Position numbers and translations under genes: made by a program. A DNA stretch of 64,000 bases from Oopsacas minuta (Eukaryota; Animalia; Porifera), in the NCBI GenBank assembly GCA_024704765.1, contig JAKMXF010000288.1:485445-549444 (forward strand), given 5' to 3'. Below the pieces are notes generated by a model. It was not told the origin of the DNA and did no database searches. It was given only the letters and a program-made list of their open reading frames with translations. Below are positions 62,838 to 64,000 of the stretch, in pieces (the stretch's first letter is position 1; every line of letters begins with the position of its first letter).

Positions 62838-62943
62838 GTCAGGATGGCCGAGTGGTCTAAGGCGCCAGACTCAAGGTTACCTTACTCTTAGGGAGTTTTC
62901 TGGTCCACGTATGTGGGCGTGGGTTCGAATCCCACTTCTGACA
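62838..62943 (+). tRNA. tRNA-Leu(CAA) with a 22-nt intron
   Basis: GTCAGGATGGCCGAGTGGTCTAAGGCG-CCAGA-CTCAAG[intron 62876-62897]T-TCTGG...GGTTCGAATCCCACTTCTGACA, followed by a T-run Pol III terminator. Confidence 0.95.
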
Positions 62944-63608
62944 TAAACTTTTTGGAGAAATTAAGAACGAATCTCCAGGATATTACAGAAAGAAATAATT
63001 AAATAGCAAAGCTATATATCACTAAACTTATTGGAATAATTGATGTGCTCAGTGATTAAGGTTTAGCCCATTACTAAAAAATATGAGAACATTTGTTATT
63101 AAAGTGTAATGATTATTACAAGAGTTTGTATTATAAATAATTGCATAAAATAATGAAGAAATTTGTGGTAGTGTCTCAGGGATGTTGATTCGTAACTTAG
63201 CTGTGAGGAGACATGACTAGGACTTCGTATCTTTCAACTCCATCACGAGAGTTGAAGGTAGCTAGCAAATGCAGCAATTAACCGAGTGAGTCCAGAGCAA
63301 TGTAGAAGTAGAATATGCGAGGAAGAAAGGAGAAGATTAAATGTTAATCTTTATACTCAATTGTGATGGTATATATACTTGTTGGTAGGTCCAGGCGTCA
63401 CAACATGTTTATAATTAACTGTACTATTTCGTTAGTTACAACCTGCCACAACAGAAATGTTTGTAATGCCTACACCACCTGCATTAGTAAAAAGAGTATA
63501 AATACAAAGAATATATTTCATTCTGAATGTTTCGTCTATTTTTCTTTCGGTTGGCCCAACTCTTCGTTCTCAAATCATCCCTCACTTCTGCACAATTTTC
63601 TAGTACCA

Positions 63609-63835
63609 TTCTCTCAATTCGTCACTCACCTCTACTCAAATGTATAAAAGATTTCACTCAATTCGTCACTAACCTCTGCTCAATTTTCGTACAGAATCTC
63701 TCATTTCTTTCCTCACCTCTGCTCGATTTTCTGATAGAATTCTCTCATTACTTCCCTCACCTTTGCTCGATTTTCTGATAGAATTCTCTCATTACTTCCC
63801 TCACCTCTGCTCAATTTTCGGATAGAGTTCTCTCG
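63609..63835. repeat. Degenerate 44-bp tandem repeat
   Basis: Unit close to TTCTCTCATTACTTCCCTCACCTCTGCTCGATTTTCTGATAGAA; three good copies plus two degenerate ones. Confidence 0.8.
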
Positions 63836-64000
63836 AAATGTCAATCAGCTCAGACCTACCAAATATAAATTCCTATCTAACTCAACCTAGAAACGTTGGA
63901 CATGCTGAAGAAGTGATTGGAATTACAATTATTGCGTATGTTGATTGATTCTTATAATTGTAAAGAGCCTAGAATTATGATTTGGATATTTGAAATATTA

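Noticed and set aside
63130-63500. Purine-rich stretch and the 63363/63527 ORFs as a gene or transposase fragment
   Set aside because: No motif was recognised, and the ORFs are partly derived from the tandem repeat.

Overview
Eukaryotic, AT-rich, very gene-dense animal DNA with mostly short (about 45-80 nt) GT-AG introns, so real genes are split across many of the listed ORFs. Compactness, gene content and the coiled-coil+NHL family suggest an early-branching metazoan, most plausibly a sponge such as a glass sponge (inference only). I reconstructed spliced models by hand, checking splice phases, for: an astacin, a claudin-like gene, an RMDN2/3-like gene, LONP1, an NHL protein and its pseudogene paralog, PSMG3, a Mi-2/CHD3-4-5 remodeller, a syntaxin-1-like SNARE, glycogen synthase, four small CNC/Maf-like bZIP-type genes, CPEB1, FoxJ2/3, a neurexin/Caspr-like receptor, SMKR1 and liprin-alpha. 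There are also two tRNAs, several MITEs, a foldback element and minisatellites. Main highlights: (1) an ULK/TBK1-type kinase fused in one gene to a FIP200/ATG11-like ubiquitin-like domain, helical scaffold and Claw domain; (2) a UBE4/Ufd2 E4 core whose U-box is replaced by a BIRC6-type E2 (UBC) domain; (3) five nested genes inside introns of other genes; (4) a bZIP-like cluster with a CDS-limited perfect inverted duplication and altered basic regions; (5) strong over-representation of a few palindromic words in both exons and introns. All calls come from motif recognition; no database searches were run.
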